Assembly (NCBI GenBank): GCA_013265495.1
Contig: MU058824.1
Coordinates: 3,809,111-3,873,110 of the forward strand
Source of the DNA: Vicugna vicugna
Taxonomy: Eukaryota
Reading direction: 5' to 3'
DNA length: 64,000 nt
A program made the translations under genes and the position numbers. Under the pieces are notes generated by a model that worked only from the letters and a program-made list of their open reading frames with translations, was not told the DNA's origin and ran no database searches. Below, one piece after another: positions 1 to 11,569 of the stretch; the stretch's first letter is position 1, and the number at the start of each line of letters is the position of its first letter.

Positions 1-419
1 ACCTGGAAAGGAATTTGAGTTGAATACGCCTGATGTAGAAAGTCGGTGCTAAGAGCCAGCTGGCTGGATTAGCTGTCCAGAAGTCTGCAGAAGACATCAG
101 TTGGCCCAGGTGGCAAGTCTGCATGTGGGCTGGGTTTTCAGGAAAACCTTGACCAAAGATTTGTTTCTATTTTGACTATCTATTTTATAGTCACATCATA
201 GAGCAGCAAAAGAATATAAATATCTCAGACCAAAGGCAGAATTATGCTTAAAGTGAAAATATTAAAATTATTCTAATTATAAATATATAATACTTATATA
301 ATAGTATAATACTATAAATATAACCACTAGCTTTCTTATAAGTAAACAATAGCTGGATAGAAAAATAATAGTGGAAAACATTAACAATAGTACCAAAAAA
401 AAAGAGAGAGAGAGCATGC

Positions 420-1135
420 TGAGGAATAAACTTTAAAACGCCACGAAGCGAGAATAAATGGAGAGATACAACTTGTTCTCGGATAGAAAGACCCATATCA
501 TGAAGATGTCAGTTTCCCCTAAGTAATGTATTCATTCAAAGCATTTCCAATCAAAATACCAACAGAGTTTTTTTTTTTAACTTGTCAAAATGACACTAAA
601 TACTGGATAAACACTCAAGGGTGGCTAGAAAAATTCTGAAACAAAGAAATGAGTAAAACAGAGTGTATTTTAAAATGTTATGATAAAGCTACAACAATTA
701 AAACTGTTACTGAAACTGAAGTCAATAGACAAATGGGACAAATGGAATAGCACAGAGAGTCTGGAAATAGATCGAAATATATGTGAATTCTTCTAAATGC
801 AGCATTTCAAATCAGTGGAGAAAAGAGAAACCATTCAATTAATGGTGTTGGGACAATTGGGCCTGTTGGATTCATACCTCACTCTCTATATCAAAATAAA
901 TTCCAGGTTGATCAAAACTTTAAAATGAAATTGTTTATAATTAAATACTATGTACTTTGATAAGTAAATACTCAGCATGTCTAAACTGTAAGATGTAGTT
1001 GAGTAGCCAAGGGCTTGCCTCGTGTACAGAACCACCGTAAACCTGATGGTCCTGGACACAGACTTACTGTGTTTGACGTACTTTGAGCATGATTCTACAA
1101 ATAGGTGACGAACTTTTGGCAACATTCCAAGTAAA
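420..1135 (+). mobile_element. Old LINE-1 (L1M) ORF2 fragment, decayed
   Basis: Degenerate matches to L1 ORF2 motifs: aaatggagagatacaacttgttctcggatagaaagac (KWKDIPCSWIGR-like), ccaatcaaaataccaaca (PIKIP), aatggtgttgggacaattgg (KWCWENW-like), aaaataaattccaggttgatcaaa (KINSRWIK-like). Many stops and frameshifts. Confidence 0.85.
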
Positions 1136-1139
1136 ACAA

Positions 1140-1452
1140 GCTACGAGCTTTGCTCGATTTACACGGTAGTTGCATTCCTAGAAAATTCAGTGTATATTAA
1201 GACCATGGAAACTGCAAGTTCACATTTATATGGAAATGAAGTTCCATTCTAGATTTAAATAATTATAAGCAGATTTTTCCCCTACACGAATGTTTGGCAG
1301 GACATGACAGTAGTGCAGAGTGAAGGAGTGTTCTTCATTGTGTGGGGCTGCTCCATGACTAGCCAATAATGCCTGTCAATCATATAAAAGCCCCCACAAA
1401 TGTTCAAAACACCCTCTAGGGGGCAGTTGACGACCCCACTGAGAGCTGTTAG
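1140..1452 (-). mobile_element. hAT-Charlie non-autonomous DNA transposon, MER20/MER20B-like
   Basis: ttcttcattgtgtggggctg...aaatgttcaaaacaccctctagggggcag...ccccactgagagc resembles the reverse complement of the MER20 consensus as recalled. Confidence 0.5.
1413..1426 (+). promoter_or_regulatory. CTCF core motif (forward) inside the MER20-like element
   Basis: CCTCTAGGGGGCAG versus consensus CCASYAGRKGGCRS. Binding is not shown. Confidence 0.5.
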
Positions 1453-2477
1453 AACACCTTGAAGGAATGCCCCCAGGAGTTGTTAGGGTGGGACTCCTTG
1501 TCACCACACGGCATTAATTTAATTCCACCTGTGCTCCTGGACACAGTTCTGAACTGTTGAGAGGTGAGCTTGAGTCTCCAGCCCCACCTCCCACCTTCTT
1601 CCCTCCTCATGAGGCCTGGAATGGAGCAGGCGCTCAGCTGGACTGGGAGCCCAGCCCGGGGCTCTAGCTAGGCCTGCCGGGCTGGGGTCTGGGAGGTAGT
1701 TAGGCTCTATACTGCTCTGTCCCAGCCCTCACCCTCCTGGCTGCCCAGGGAAGTTCTCGTTAGAGAACAAGTGAATGTCTCTCCATCATTTACACGCCAC
1801 ATTAAATATTAAGTTAAACCCTTGCTCTACCAACCAGGTCCACGGTTCAGAAACTACTCGACATTTACAAACCAGTGACATGGCCAGCCCATTCCTGCAT
1901 TGTCAGCAGTTTGGGCCTTTCCTAATTGGGACTAATTATCTGCAGGTGTGTCCTTGGGTCACAGGCCTGCTGATGGGGCAGCCACTTTGCCTACCTGCCA
2001 GGGCAGGGCACCAGCAAAGGACCCAGCAGTCTGCCCCCAGCTGTGCCCACCTGATCCTTTGCCTGGGAGAACAAAGGAACGGGGCCAGCCTGTGTCTTTG
2101 CTGGCCCCTTCCCCTGAGGACCATCTCTTTGCGTCAGCAAATTGGAATGGCAGGAGGAGACTGAGGGAGGCTTCTTCTGGTTAAACAACTTTGGGAAACA
2201 CCAGCCTGGTGGATGACCCAGGTCCTGGGATCTGAGGCATCCCCTGGGCACTGTCCCCTCTAAGCAATAGACACTGTTTATGGGGCAGTGGATGAGCACC
2301 CACAAAGACAGACAGGTGGCTGCCGAGTCCCCGAGACCAACAGTTCTGATTTCCTGATATCCTCCAGGCTCGATGTTTGGAGCCTCAGTACGCCAAACTT
2401 GGTACTTGAAAGAAAGTCAGTCCATCCTCTTCTGCCTTTTTCATCTGAGCAATAGCTGAGAGCTGAAGGGAAGAGCA

Positions 2478-2655
2478 CTGGACCCAGGAATCAAAGGAAT
2501 GAGTTTAATCTTGGACTTTGCCACCTAACTGCCTATCTTTCAGCAAATAGATTGTCCTTTCTGAGTCTCAGTTTTCCTATCCATGAAATGGGGATGATAA
2601 TTCTTGCCCCACCTGCCTCCTTTGGCTGTTGCAAGGATATAGTGAGACAGTGAAG
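2478..2655 (+). mobile_element. MIR SINE
   Basis: MIR core ctgagtctcagttttcctatccatgaaatggggatgataat. Confidence 0.8.
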
Positions 2656-2991
2656 GGGAAGGATTTGAGAGCCACCAAGGGGGCATCTGAGATTGTGTGG
2701 GCAGGAAAGGAGATTTGGAGGGTCCAGTATCCAGTGTTGGCTCTTCTTAGCCTCCTTCGGGCAAATACCCCGACCATAGACAGGCAAGGTGGGAGGGTCC
2801 TGCAGAAAACTGCTTACTTCACAGCCAGAGAGACCCAGGTCCAGGAGGGGAGGGGGACCCGCTCAAGGCAACATCCAGTGAGTTAGAACTGAAACGGGAG
2901 CTCACCCAGGGCCTGGCTTCCACAGCCTGCTGCCAACCTATGGTTGGATGGACTAAAAAATCCCAGTTTAAATTTCCAGAAGGCATTTCTT

Positions 2992-3245
2992 TTAGTATAT
3001 AACTGAGAATGTCAGCAGGAAAGCCAGACTGCCTGGCCTTGAAGCCCAGCTTCACCATATTCTAGCTATGTGACCTTGGGCAATTTACTAGCCTCCGTGT
3101 CCAAGGTACCCATTACCTGTTAAATGGGGCCCCAGATAGAACTTGCTCACCGGCCTCCTACAAGAATTACATGCACCGTCCATGCAGAGTCCTAGCCCAG
3201 CATTTGGCACATAGTAAACACTTAATGAATGGTAGCTGTTAGTGT
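2992..3245 (+). mobile_element. MIR SINE, near full length (left arm of inverted pair)
   Basis: agccagactgcctgg...ctagctatgtgaccttgggcaatttact...tggcacatagtaaacacttaatgaatggtagctgtt. Confidence 0.9.
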
Positions 3246-3619
3246 GGTCCTGGACTCTTGTACCAAAAAGTCTGGTGAGGTGCTAGCCTGCTCTGAACAG
3301 TCGTTTATTCATCTCTCCGTGGGCAGCACCTTCTTTGACCTGTTTTTTATGAACCTTTTTTTATGAACCAACTTAATATCTCTTCACTCAAAGTGAATCC
3401 TAATGAAAAATAAAAGCAAAAATTTGAAGAATGCCTATGTACCCAGGCTGCCAAAAGGTGCTGGAAAAATGACAATAACAGCTGCAATACAGCATGATAC
3501 CCTGTAACCAGGTGCTCAGCCACGGAACTTCCCTAGGAACCCCGTGGAAGATGCTGGGCTGTCCAAGTTGTGTGCCTTGGAACGGAGTGTGATATCGACA
3601 GTTACTGTGAATCGGGCTG

Positions 3620-3945
3620 TCAGTCTGTGCTCGGCTGGGAATATGATGGTGTCCCTGGCGGACGGTCCCTGCTCTCGCTGAGCTTACCTGCTGGGGATAG
3701 CTAGACAATTCACAGCAAATACAGGGGAAAAAAAATGCAATGTAACGTCATACTTGTAGGTGCTCTGAAGAAAACAGGAGAGAGTAGAGAGAGACTGAGG
3801 TTGAGGGGAGTGATGAGAGGGATGGGGGACGAAGCAGAGCCTCTCTAAAAAGGTGGCATTTGATCTGAGATCCCAACCATGAGAAGCCTTGAAAAGATCT
3901 GGGGAAAAGGCATTCCAGACCGAAGATACAGTCTGGGAAAAAGCC
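3620..3945 (-). mobile_element. LINE-2 fragment
   Basis: gtccctgctctcgctgagcttac...aggtggcatttgatctgaga...aaaggcattccagac: typical antisense L2 3' region. Confidence 0.75.
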
Positions 3946-4109
3946 TTTTAACTGTATAAATGAGTGAGATGCTGAGAGAGTAGGGCCATTTCTCAGTTCT
4001 CTCTCCCCTGCCACTTGGGCCCAGCCCATAATCAAGCCTCAGGGACTCTGGGAGTTACTGGAAACCTCAAGGTTGGATAGCCCAACCCATCATCCAGCCC
4101 TGGGATCTG

Positions 4110-4225
4110 TTCTCTGTCAGGACTTGGTCACCTCTAGTGATGGAGATTTCACTACCTCAAAGGCAAAGAATCTTCAAAAAGGACTTACTTGAAACTGTTC
4201 TCTGTTGAAGTGACTTCCTTTCCCA
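4110..4225 (-). mobile_element. CR1/L3 LINE 3' fragment
   Basis: cacctctagtgatggagatttcactacctcaaaggca resembles the reverse complement of the CR1/L3 3' region. Confidence 0.45.
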
Positions 4226-4409
4226 CTGGCAAGTGAGAGCCGAGGTGTCTGCAAAGCCCAGGCCGGCATCCATGTGTGGACTCAGACCCAGGCACGGCCC
4301 GAACATCCCTCGGCTGGCAATCTGTATCCTCGTGGTCCAGCCCAGAGGTTGATGGGTCTGCATGTGTTCTTTAAACTTAAAAAAAAATATCAGATCTTAT
4401 ACTTTAAAG

Positions 4410-4800
4410 ATCAGAGAACAACCCAAATGTCCATTAGTAGGGGACCGTTCCAATAAATAACAGCTCGTCCATACAGTGGAGTACCGTGCACCTGTAGGAA
4501 GGAACCAGGGAGTGCTCCTGTCCTGAAGGATCTTGGAGAGACATCATCCATGAAAAAGAACAAGAGTAGCATGTACAGAACGCTACCTTTTGTGTAAAGA
4601 AGGGAGGGGCAGTGGGAGTGCGTATTTGTATTTGTGCACGGGAGCGTACAGAGATTCTGGAAGGATACTCAGTAACCATGTTTGGGCAGAGACTGTGAAC
4701 CAGGTGTAGGAAAAGGACTTTTTACTGAACACCATTTACAATTTTAATTTTTTGAAGCTTATGTATATCAATACATCACTATCAAAAAGTTAAATTTAAA
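4410..4800 (+). mobile_element. Old L1 (L1MC/L1ME-type) ORF2 end and 3' UTR
   Basis: aacaacccaaatgtccattagtagggga...catacagtggagtac...ctaccttttgtgtaaa, with an A-rich end. Confidence 0.75.
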
Positions 4801-4991
4801 AGTGCCTCAAAATGAGAAGATAAAGACTAAAATGTCTAACTTCTTTTGGAAAGTTGGAAGACCATGCCCCAGGGTCCGCATTCCCACGTGGCTGCACATG
4901 AGTAGAGTTGAGAAGGGGCCGCTGCCCTCCCTTAGCTGCACTCACTCTCCTCTTTGCCCCAGACTCCACTTGGCCAGCTCCGCTCACTTTC

Positions 4992-5141
4992 CAAGTTCTA
5001 TCTTGGGCTACGTTTTACAGGTGGGGACCTTGGGCACAGAGGCTAGTAACTTGCCCAAGGTCACACAGCTAGAATACGGTGAAGCGGGCTGCAAGGCCAG
5101 GCAGTCTGGCTTTCCTGCTGACACTCTCGGTTATGTGCTAA
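4992..5141 (-). mobile_element. Partial MIR (5' ~150 nt), inverted near-copy of 2992-3145
   Basis: gtaacttgcccaaggtcacacagctagaa...ccaggcagtctggct; ~87% identical to the reverse complement of 2992-3145 by hand alignment. Confidence 0.9.
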
Positions 5142-5289
5142 CTGAACGTTTTGAGTACATAGGGGCCTCTGGCCCCTGTAGGCATGAGTTTTCTACCTGC
5201 CCCAGCCTCATCCTCCCTGTCTCCTCTGATTCCTGCCCAACAGAAAACCCCCCTCTCAGGCCAGAAAGGGCCAACCACAGGCTGTCCAA

Positions 5290-5385
5290 CTGGCCTTGCC
5301 CGTCCCTGACTCCAGGCCTTTGCTCACGCTGTTCTGCCTGCCTGGAATGGCTTTCCCCAAATAACAGCTCAGTGTACAAGACATC
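5290..5385 (+). mobile_element. LINE-2 fragment
   Basis: ggcctttgctcacgctgttctgcctgcctggaatggctttcccc. Confidence 0.65.
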
Positions 5386-6199
5386 CAGTGGGGAGGGCCT
5401 GGAGTGCCAAGTGCCAAGTCCTCCAGAATGTGCAACAACTCGGCATTTCAGCCTGGTGCAGTGATGTCGCACTCTGTCCAAAATAAAATGTCATGAACCT
5501 GCTTCTGGGGACCACACCCAGAGAGAAAACTCAATATCCAAGATCAGAACTGTCCCCAGAAATATAAGGCTATTTGCATTCCAGAAAGGTGAATCCAACT
5601 GGGGTTTAAAGTATTTTCTAAATAGACTCACAGTTACAGATTCTAGACAAACCTAGAATTTTGGAATCTAAGTGTTTGGAAGGATACCCAGAGGTTCAGA
5701 GAAGCCAGAGGTCTGATCATTTTAAAGCCAAAATGTAATTTAAGCTTCTCCTTAATTAAAATGCACATCAAAGGAAAGTATGATTTGCTTTCAGGTTAGC
5801 ACAATGTTCCCAAGAACTATTTGTTGAATAAATGAATTAATATTTGTGTAAAGTGCAGTGTCAATTAAAAAAAATTATTTCAGCAGAAAGTACTCCACTC
5901 TAGTTGTTTCTGACCTTGTATTTTGTGGGATAAAAATAAACAAAGCTGAATGGCCGTCCTGGTAATGCACTCATAGATTTTTACACTAGCGGGCAGCTTG
6001 GAAGCCGACCTTTCCAAATAGCCTTCGAGCAGGTCTCTGGGCCTCCAGCTTCCCAGCTCGCCCTGCCGTGATCCATCTTCTTAAAATAGTGATTTCATTA
6101 GCTCGTTCTCCTAGTCAGAGATCTCCACTGCCTTGCCATTATCTGCAGGAGAAAATGCACCAAACTGTAGCTTCTGGCAATTAGCAGAGCACCTGCCTC

Positions 6200-6350
6200 T
6201 CATCATTCGTTCATTCTCTCACTTACTCACTCATTTCTCCATTGAAACCCAGCTCCTTCTTCACATCAGACCACAGGCTGCTAGGCTCGGTCTTGCGCAC
6301 TGTAGTGTCCCTGCCCTCAACATACTCAGTCTGATGGGGGAGGCAAATGT
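6200..6350 (-). mobile_element. LINE-2 3' end
   Basis: (TTCA)-like tail followed by gtccctgccctcaacatactcagtctgatgggg. Confidence 0.6.
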
Positions 6351-6649
6351 GGATGCACGTGCAAGGCAAAACAAAACAAAACAAATAAAAAAGAAAAGAG
6401 AGAAATACGAGGGAGAAGCCAAGGAAGGCATGCAAGAGGAAACTATTGCTTCTCCTTGGCTATGGGGTTTGGGAACATTTTGTGGAGGAGACCATGTGTA
6501 AGCTTCTCTGGCAGAACCATGAACTCTTGGTTTCTCTGCTCTGAAGCTTGGTCTAGTCTCTTACAACACTTTCAGCTTTAATAATGCCTTTTAAATCTTG
6601 CCCATTGTTAAATAAATGCAAATGGTGTGGAAGTATATGTAGCAACATG

Positions 6650-6830
6650 TGACCGTCTCCCCTCACCCCATTCCTGGCCTGTTTGTCTGTCAGCAGTGTT
6701 GATAGTTTGGTGTATGTCCTTCCAGAACCTTTTCTATGCATAAAAAAACTGTATCAGGTGATACACATATAGTTTGTTTTCTTCAAATGGGTTTTTACTC
6801 TTCATACTGTTGTTCAATTTTTAAAACTTT
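6650..6830 (-). mobile_element. Old L1 (L1ME-type) 3' fragment
   Basis: tgttgatagtttggtgtatgtccttccagaaccttttctatgcat...atactgttgttcaa. Confidence 0.45.
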
Positions 6831-7179
6831 TTATTTCATGTTTTATGGACACCCAATAATACGTCTGTAGGTACAGAACTTCCATCCTCTCTAATGTTCT
6901 GAGTGCACCTTTGTGAACTTTTCTGTAGCAATAAAGGCTAGAGAATTCGTACCTCAGGGCTAAGAGGTGAATCCCTCTCAGTTTTTGATACCCGGGCTGC
7001 AGACAGAGAAGGACAGGGTCCAGGAAGGGGAGCGGGCAGGAAACCCTGGCATCCAAGGGCAGCCCAGGGCTGTCGGCTTACAGACAGCAGACTAGGGACC
7101 TGGCCGCTGCCTCCCACCTGCTCAGGGATGTAGGGGAGGAGGTGTGATTGCTACGAGCTCATCAGGGGAAGCCACAGGG

Positions 7180-7500
7180 AGGCAAGCTTTAGTTGAGTGC
7201 AAAGAAGAACTTTTTAACAGTTTGAACTCTCTGAAGCAGGAATAGGCTGCCTCCGGAGATAATAAAAGTGATAGCTAATGTTTATTGAGCATTTGTTATG
7301 TGCTTTGGTTCATTTCATCCCTTACTCTATGAAACTAGGTACTATTTTTGTCTCAACTAATAGTGAAAGAAATTGCCTAAGTTCATATAGCAGTAAGTAG
7401 CAGAGCTGGTTTGCTCTAATCCCTGTTCTGTTCTGCTTCTGTTGGTAGTAAGATCCAGGTCATTAGAAGTATTCAAGCAGAGCTCTCTCGCATTCACCTG
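7180..7500 (+). mobile_element. CR1/L3 LINE 3' fragment, interrupted by a MIR
   Basis: aagaagaactttttaacagt...ggaataggctgcctccggaga [MIR] gtcattagaagtattcaagcagag continues the CR1/L3 3' consensus. Confidence 0.6.
7258..7430 (-). mobile_element. MIR SINE inserted in L3
   Basis: atagctaatgtttattgagcatttgttatgtgc...ttgcctaagttcatatagcagtaagtagcagagctgg. Confidence 0.8.
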
Positions 7501-7559
7501 CAGCACAGCTAGACTGGCGTCTGCTGGGGTCTATGAAAGCTGATCAAACTGCAGAATCT

Positions 7560-7778
7560 CTTGTACAGACTCTGGAGCCAGACTGCCTGTCTTTGAATCC
7601 CAGCTCTTATCCCACTTATGAATGGGTGATCTCAGTTGCAACTGTGTGTGTATGTGCCTCAGTTTGCTCATCTACAAAATGGGAATCGAACCTTGTTACA
7701 TGGATTAAATGAGTTAATATTTCAAAAGCACTCAAAACTCTGCCTGGAACACGGTAAGTGCTATGTAAGTGTTGTTTG
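7560..7778 (+). mobile_element. MIR SINE
   Basis: gactctggagccagactgcctg...tgtgcctcagtttgctcatctacaaaatggg...ggattaaatgagttaata. Confidence 0.9.
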
Positions 7779-7933
7779 AAACATCTGGAATTCAGGAAAG
7801 CAGCCTGAGCTAGAGAGCCAGGTTTAGGGGTCCCCTGCAGCAAGGGGCTGGAGGAGGTGCTTGCCAGGGACAGAATCTGTCCAGCGTGGAGCAGGCTTGG
7901 TGGCTCCCTGTTCTGGATGTTCCACTGGCCTCC

Positions 7934-8420
7934 TGGATTAGTTTCCAGTTGCTACTGTAACAAATTACCATGAACTTCGTGGTTTAAAACAACACAAATT
8001 TATTGTCTTACAGTTCTAGAGGTCAGACGTCCTAAAATTAAGATGTTGATGGTGCTGAATTCCTTCTGAAGACTCTAGGGGAGAACCTATTATTTGCCTT
8101 TTCCAGCTTCTAGAGGCTGCCCACATCTCCTGGCTCATGGCCCCTTCCTCTGTCTTCAAAGCCAGCAGGGTAGCATCTTTTGTCCTCTTTGGCCTCTGCT
8201 TCTGTTTTCAGATCTTGTCTCTGGGATTCTGACCCTCCTGCCTTTCCCTTTAGGGACTCTTGGGATTACATCAAGCTTACTTGGATAATCTAGAATCATC
8301 TCCATGTCTCAAAATCCTCAATTTAATTATATCTGCAAAGTCCTTTTTGCTTTATTAGGTGACATATTACAGGAGATTAGGAGGTAGACATCTCTGGGGA
8401 CCGTTATTCTGTCTGCCACA
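7934..8420 (-). mobile_element. MaLR solo LTR (MLT1C/D-like)
   Basis: TG...CA termini (tggattagtttcc...ttattctgtctgccaca); ctgtaacaaattacc...aacaacacaaatttatt; near-perfect 5-bp TSD cctcc/ccttc. Confidence 0.9.
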
Positions 8421-8999
8421 CCTTCCCAGTGCCAACTCTACAGGTCTCCTTGAGGACTCTGCATCCCCTTGTCCCCTGGGAGAACCATCATCTGGGAGGG
8501 AGTCAGCCTCTCTTTTGCTGTTTCTCCTTGACCTCTTCCCATCACCCCAGGAGCAGTGGCTAGTCCTCATTGTCTCCTCCATCTGCTCCAGTGTTGTGGC
8601 AATTGTGCCCCCCTCAAGTACCCAGGGTCAAGAGACTGGAATATTGGTGCTAGTGGGTCCTTGGAGATCATGACTGCAGCTCCCTCACTGAGCAGATGGG
8701 GACACTGAGGAGTAAGAACTCAAGTTCTCCCCAAGTGGGACAGCTAGGGAACCCACATCTATCAGGCCTGCCCTCCATGCCAGACTCAGCCTTCCAGAAC
8801 GGAACTTTTCCCCTCTCCCATCCTCATTTCTCTGCCTGACTGGTCCACTGCCATCTATCTGCCTCATTTATGCCCAATGGAGCCCTTTATCCAGGCCTGC
8901 CTTTTTGTTATCTTTCAACTCAGCCACGCCCAGTTCTGACTCAAGCCTTTGCTTCTGCTGGATACTTCTGTCAGTTGTCCAGTAGTGGCAGTAGTCTGC

Positions 9000-9175
9000 C
9001 ATGAGAGGAAGAGTATTGGGCTGACTTGGAGTCAGGATTGTAGATCTTCATTCCAGCTCTGCTGTAACTCCGTGGTGACTTTGGGACACTCTCTGAGCCT
9101 CAGTTTTCACATGGAAATTATAGTCCTGGCTCATCCGCTCCTTGTAGAACTGCGGTGAAATGCACATGAGCTGTG
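9000..9175 (+). mobile_element. MIR SINE
   Basis: ggagtcagga...ccagctctgc...gtgactttggg...ctctctgagcctcagtttt. Confidence 0.75.
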
Positions 9176-9369
9176 AGGAGCTATGCCCTTTCCTTTGACC
9201 TGACTGTGCCAGGTGCTCAGATCCTGTGTCCACAGCAGGAAGGTGCATGTTAGTTGGTACAGGGCTTTGCCTGTGAAAGGCTCTCATGGCACCTGCTGAG
9301 GGACTGAGGAATCAGCAGATCTCCCACTCTCTGCCTATATGGCTTCAGGGCATGTCTTCAGGGAGCAAT

Positions 9370-9614
9370 CCTCAAGTGCTGCCTCCTCCAGGAAGCCCTC
9401 CCCAGCTACCCTACAGTCAAAGTGATGTCCCCCTCCCTGGGCCCTGGATCAGCCCACTTACTATCCCATTATGCCTTGATTTATGATTTTATGATTTATG
9501 TCCAGCTTAACTTTCTCCATAGACTATGAGTTCTGAATTGTCTTCTGCCCAGCATGAGGCATGGAACATAACAGGTACTTGGGAAGTGTTTGTTGAATGG
9601 ATGGATGGATGAAC
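9370..9614 (+). mobile_element. LINE-2 3' end
   Basis: cctcctccaggaagccctcccc...tagactatgagttc...tgtttgttgaatggatggatggatgaa. Confidence 0.8.
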
Positions 9615-10214
9615 AAAGGAGCTGGCTACTATGATTGGTTGTAACTAATCACCCCAAACTCCACCCACCTAGGTTATTATCAAGGTTACTGATTCATACA
9701 CTCACATACATCTTTGATGAGCAAAAGGGACATTTTAATTCAAGATATTATCACAATTATTATTTTTCTCTGAATGCATTAGCTTCTACTGATCTGCAGC
9801 CTTTTTATTCCATCGGTGTTCACAGCCCAGAAAAAAAACTCTCTCTAATTTATTTTTATTAGCTTTTATTTTCATTACCCAAGAGGTTATAGGACTTCTA
9901 CTCCCACCCCTAGATCTTCTATAAATGTTTGGTAAGGCTGGTTTCAGAACGAATCCACAGGGGCACCTGCTGCCCATCCAGACTTGCCCATACAGAGGAG
10001 TATCTGCCTTTCCAGACCCACTAACTCCTTTTATAAGCCTTTGTTAACCCAGGTCCAGGATGGTGTCACATGCCCACTTCAAGGATAGGGTGGTCAAATA
10101 GCCTATTTGGGGGCTTGGCATTTAGGGTGGGGACTAGGGTAAGAGTTCTTCCCCGCTCCCCAGAGCTGATCTCAATCCTGAACAGGATCCAATATGCCAA
10201 GAGTCACCAGCAGG

Positions 10215-10449
10215 AATGCCTCCCACTCACTAGGCACCAGACATTGCTCTAAGCACTTTACATATGCCTAGTCTGCAAAAAACAACCCTGTGAGAAAGTT
10301 TTATTATCCCCATTTTATGCAAAACTGAGGCACAGGGGTGCACAGAAACTTGCTCAAAGTCACACAGCTGTTCAGTGGTAGAGCCAGATTTCAAATGCAA
10401 ACTATCAAGATTCTGGAGGCCACGCCCCTGACCACTGTGCCACACTGCT
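10215..10449 (-). mobile_element. MIR SINE
   Basis: ctaagcactttacat...attatccccattttat...aaactgaggcacag...cttgctcaaagtcacacagct. Confidence 0.9.
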
Positions 10450-11569
10450 TCTCACCAACCTGGTGTGTCAGAGGCAGGCTGGACATCTGACCAGGGGAGG
10501 TCCAAGCTGGGTAGATCCCAGTATGGAGGAGAACCAACCACAAATAAGGCTGATGGGCGGATACGGGCCATGCATAGGGGTTGTGTCTGACGTGATTTAT
10601 CTTAATCCCGGGTGCTATCTGGCTGAGGGGGGCATGGGGCTGACTCACCCTCCGACAGCCAGCACCCTGTAGGTCAGACCGCACCCAGCTGGCTCTCAGT
10701 GGAGGTCTGTTGAGTGGATGCACAGGCAACAGCAGATGGTATGATTCCTTCTTCCTGGGAAACTTATGCTGCGTGCCTTCTGGCATGTTCCTTCCTGGGC
10801 CGGGTCACCTGGAGACTCCCTGGCAAGCCCAGAGCTCTCGGTGTTGCAGCACTGCCCCCTCCCTGGCCTGCTTCTTGTCACGTGTCAGGGCCTGGCACTT
10901 CCAGCAAGTCTCCACCTGGATCCGAGCGCTCTTTTGTTGCTTTGTTTTCAGGAAGGAAAGCAGTAGAAAAAGACTTGTCACTGCTCCCCTTAAACAGACA
11001 TTCCTCCCCTTCCCCTGGTCAAGAGCCCGTGGGGAGGGTCATGCCGCTTTCATCCTGGTTCTCTTCAGGAACAAGTCAGCTCAAGTGCCCAGCTCTTCAC
11101 ACCATGCCCAATCCCGCGTATGTCTTTCTCACCCTCTGTTGCCCTGCCTGCCTGAGAGGAAAAAAAGCACCAAGCAATAGTCCGGGTGGAGAGGGATGCG
11201 GCGCCCTGGCCCAGGTGCTCGGGCAGCCGGCAGGGACCCACAACGGGGTGGCAGGGTGGGCACAGGTGAGTGCTTGGCTCTGCCAGGCTGTCCTGATCCT
11301 CACACTGAGAGCCGGCTGGGGTGGGAGGACACCTAATCTACCAGAGCCTTGGGGTGGATCTCCTTTCTTGGTCCCTGTGGTGGAAGCATCATGGTCAAGG
11401 TGACTGGATTTGGGGTGTCAAGAAGGTCCAGGGGAGGGACAGAGGTGGCAGGGGGTACACTTAGGGGCTCTGGGCAGTGACTTTTTTCCAGCTGGCCCAG
11501 CAGTGTTATGGGATCTTCCACAACCAGTACTGTCAGTCATGGATAGTTATTCAAAAGATGTTGCCCAAA

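Noticed and set aside
4802..5464. 220-aa ORF (plus strand)
   Set aside because: Runs through antisense MIR and L2 fragments. It was useful only for revealing the inverted duplication, via the KARQSGFPAD peptide shared with ORF 2819-3058.
10849..10868. Additional CTCF-like motifs (also ~33131, ~53677, ~62398)
   Set aside because: Mismatches at core positions; such matches are common in GC-rich DNA.
10714..11403. 229-aa ORF (plus strand)
   Set aside because: No domain or recognised homologue; only a weak internal exon candidate was kept.
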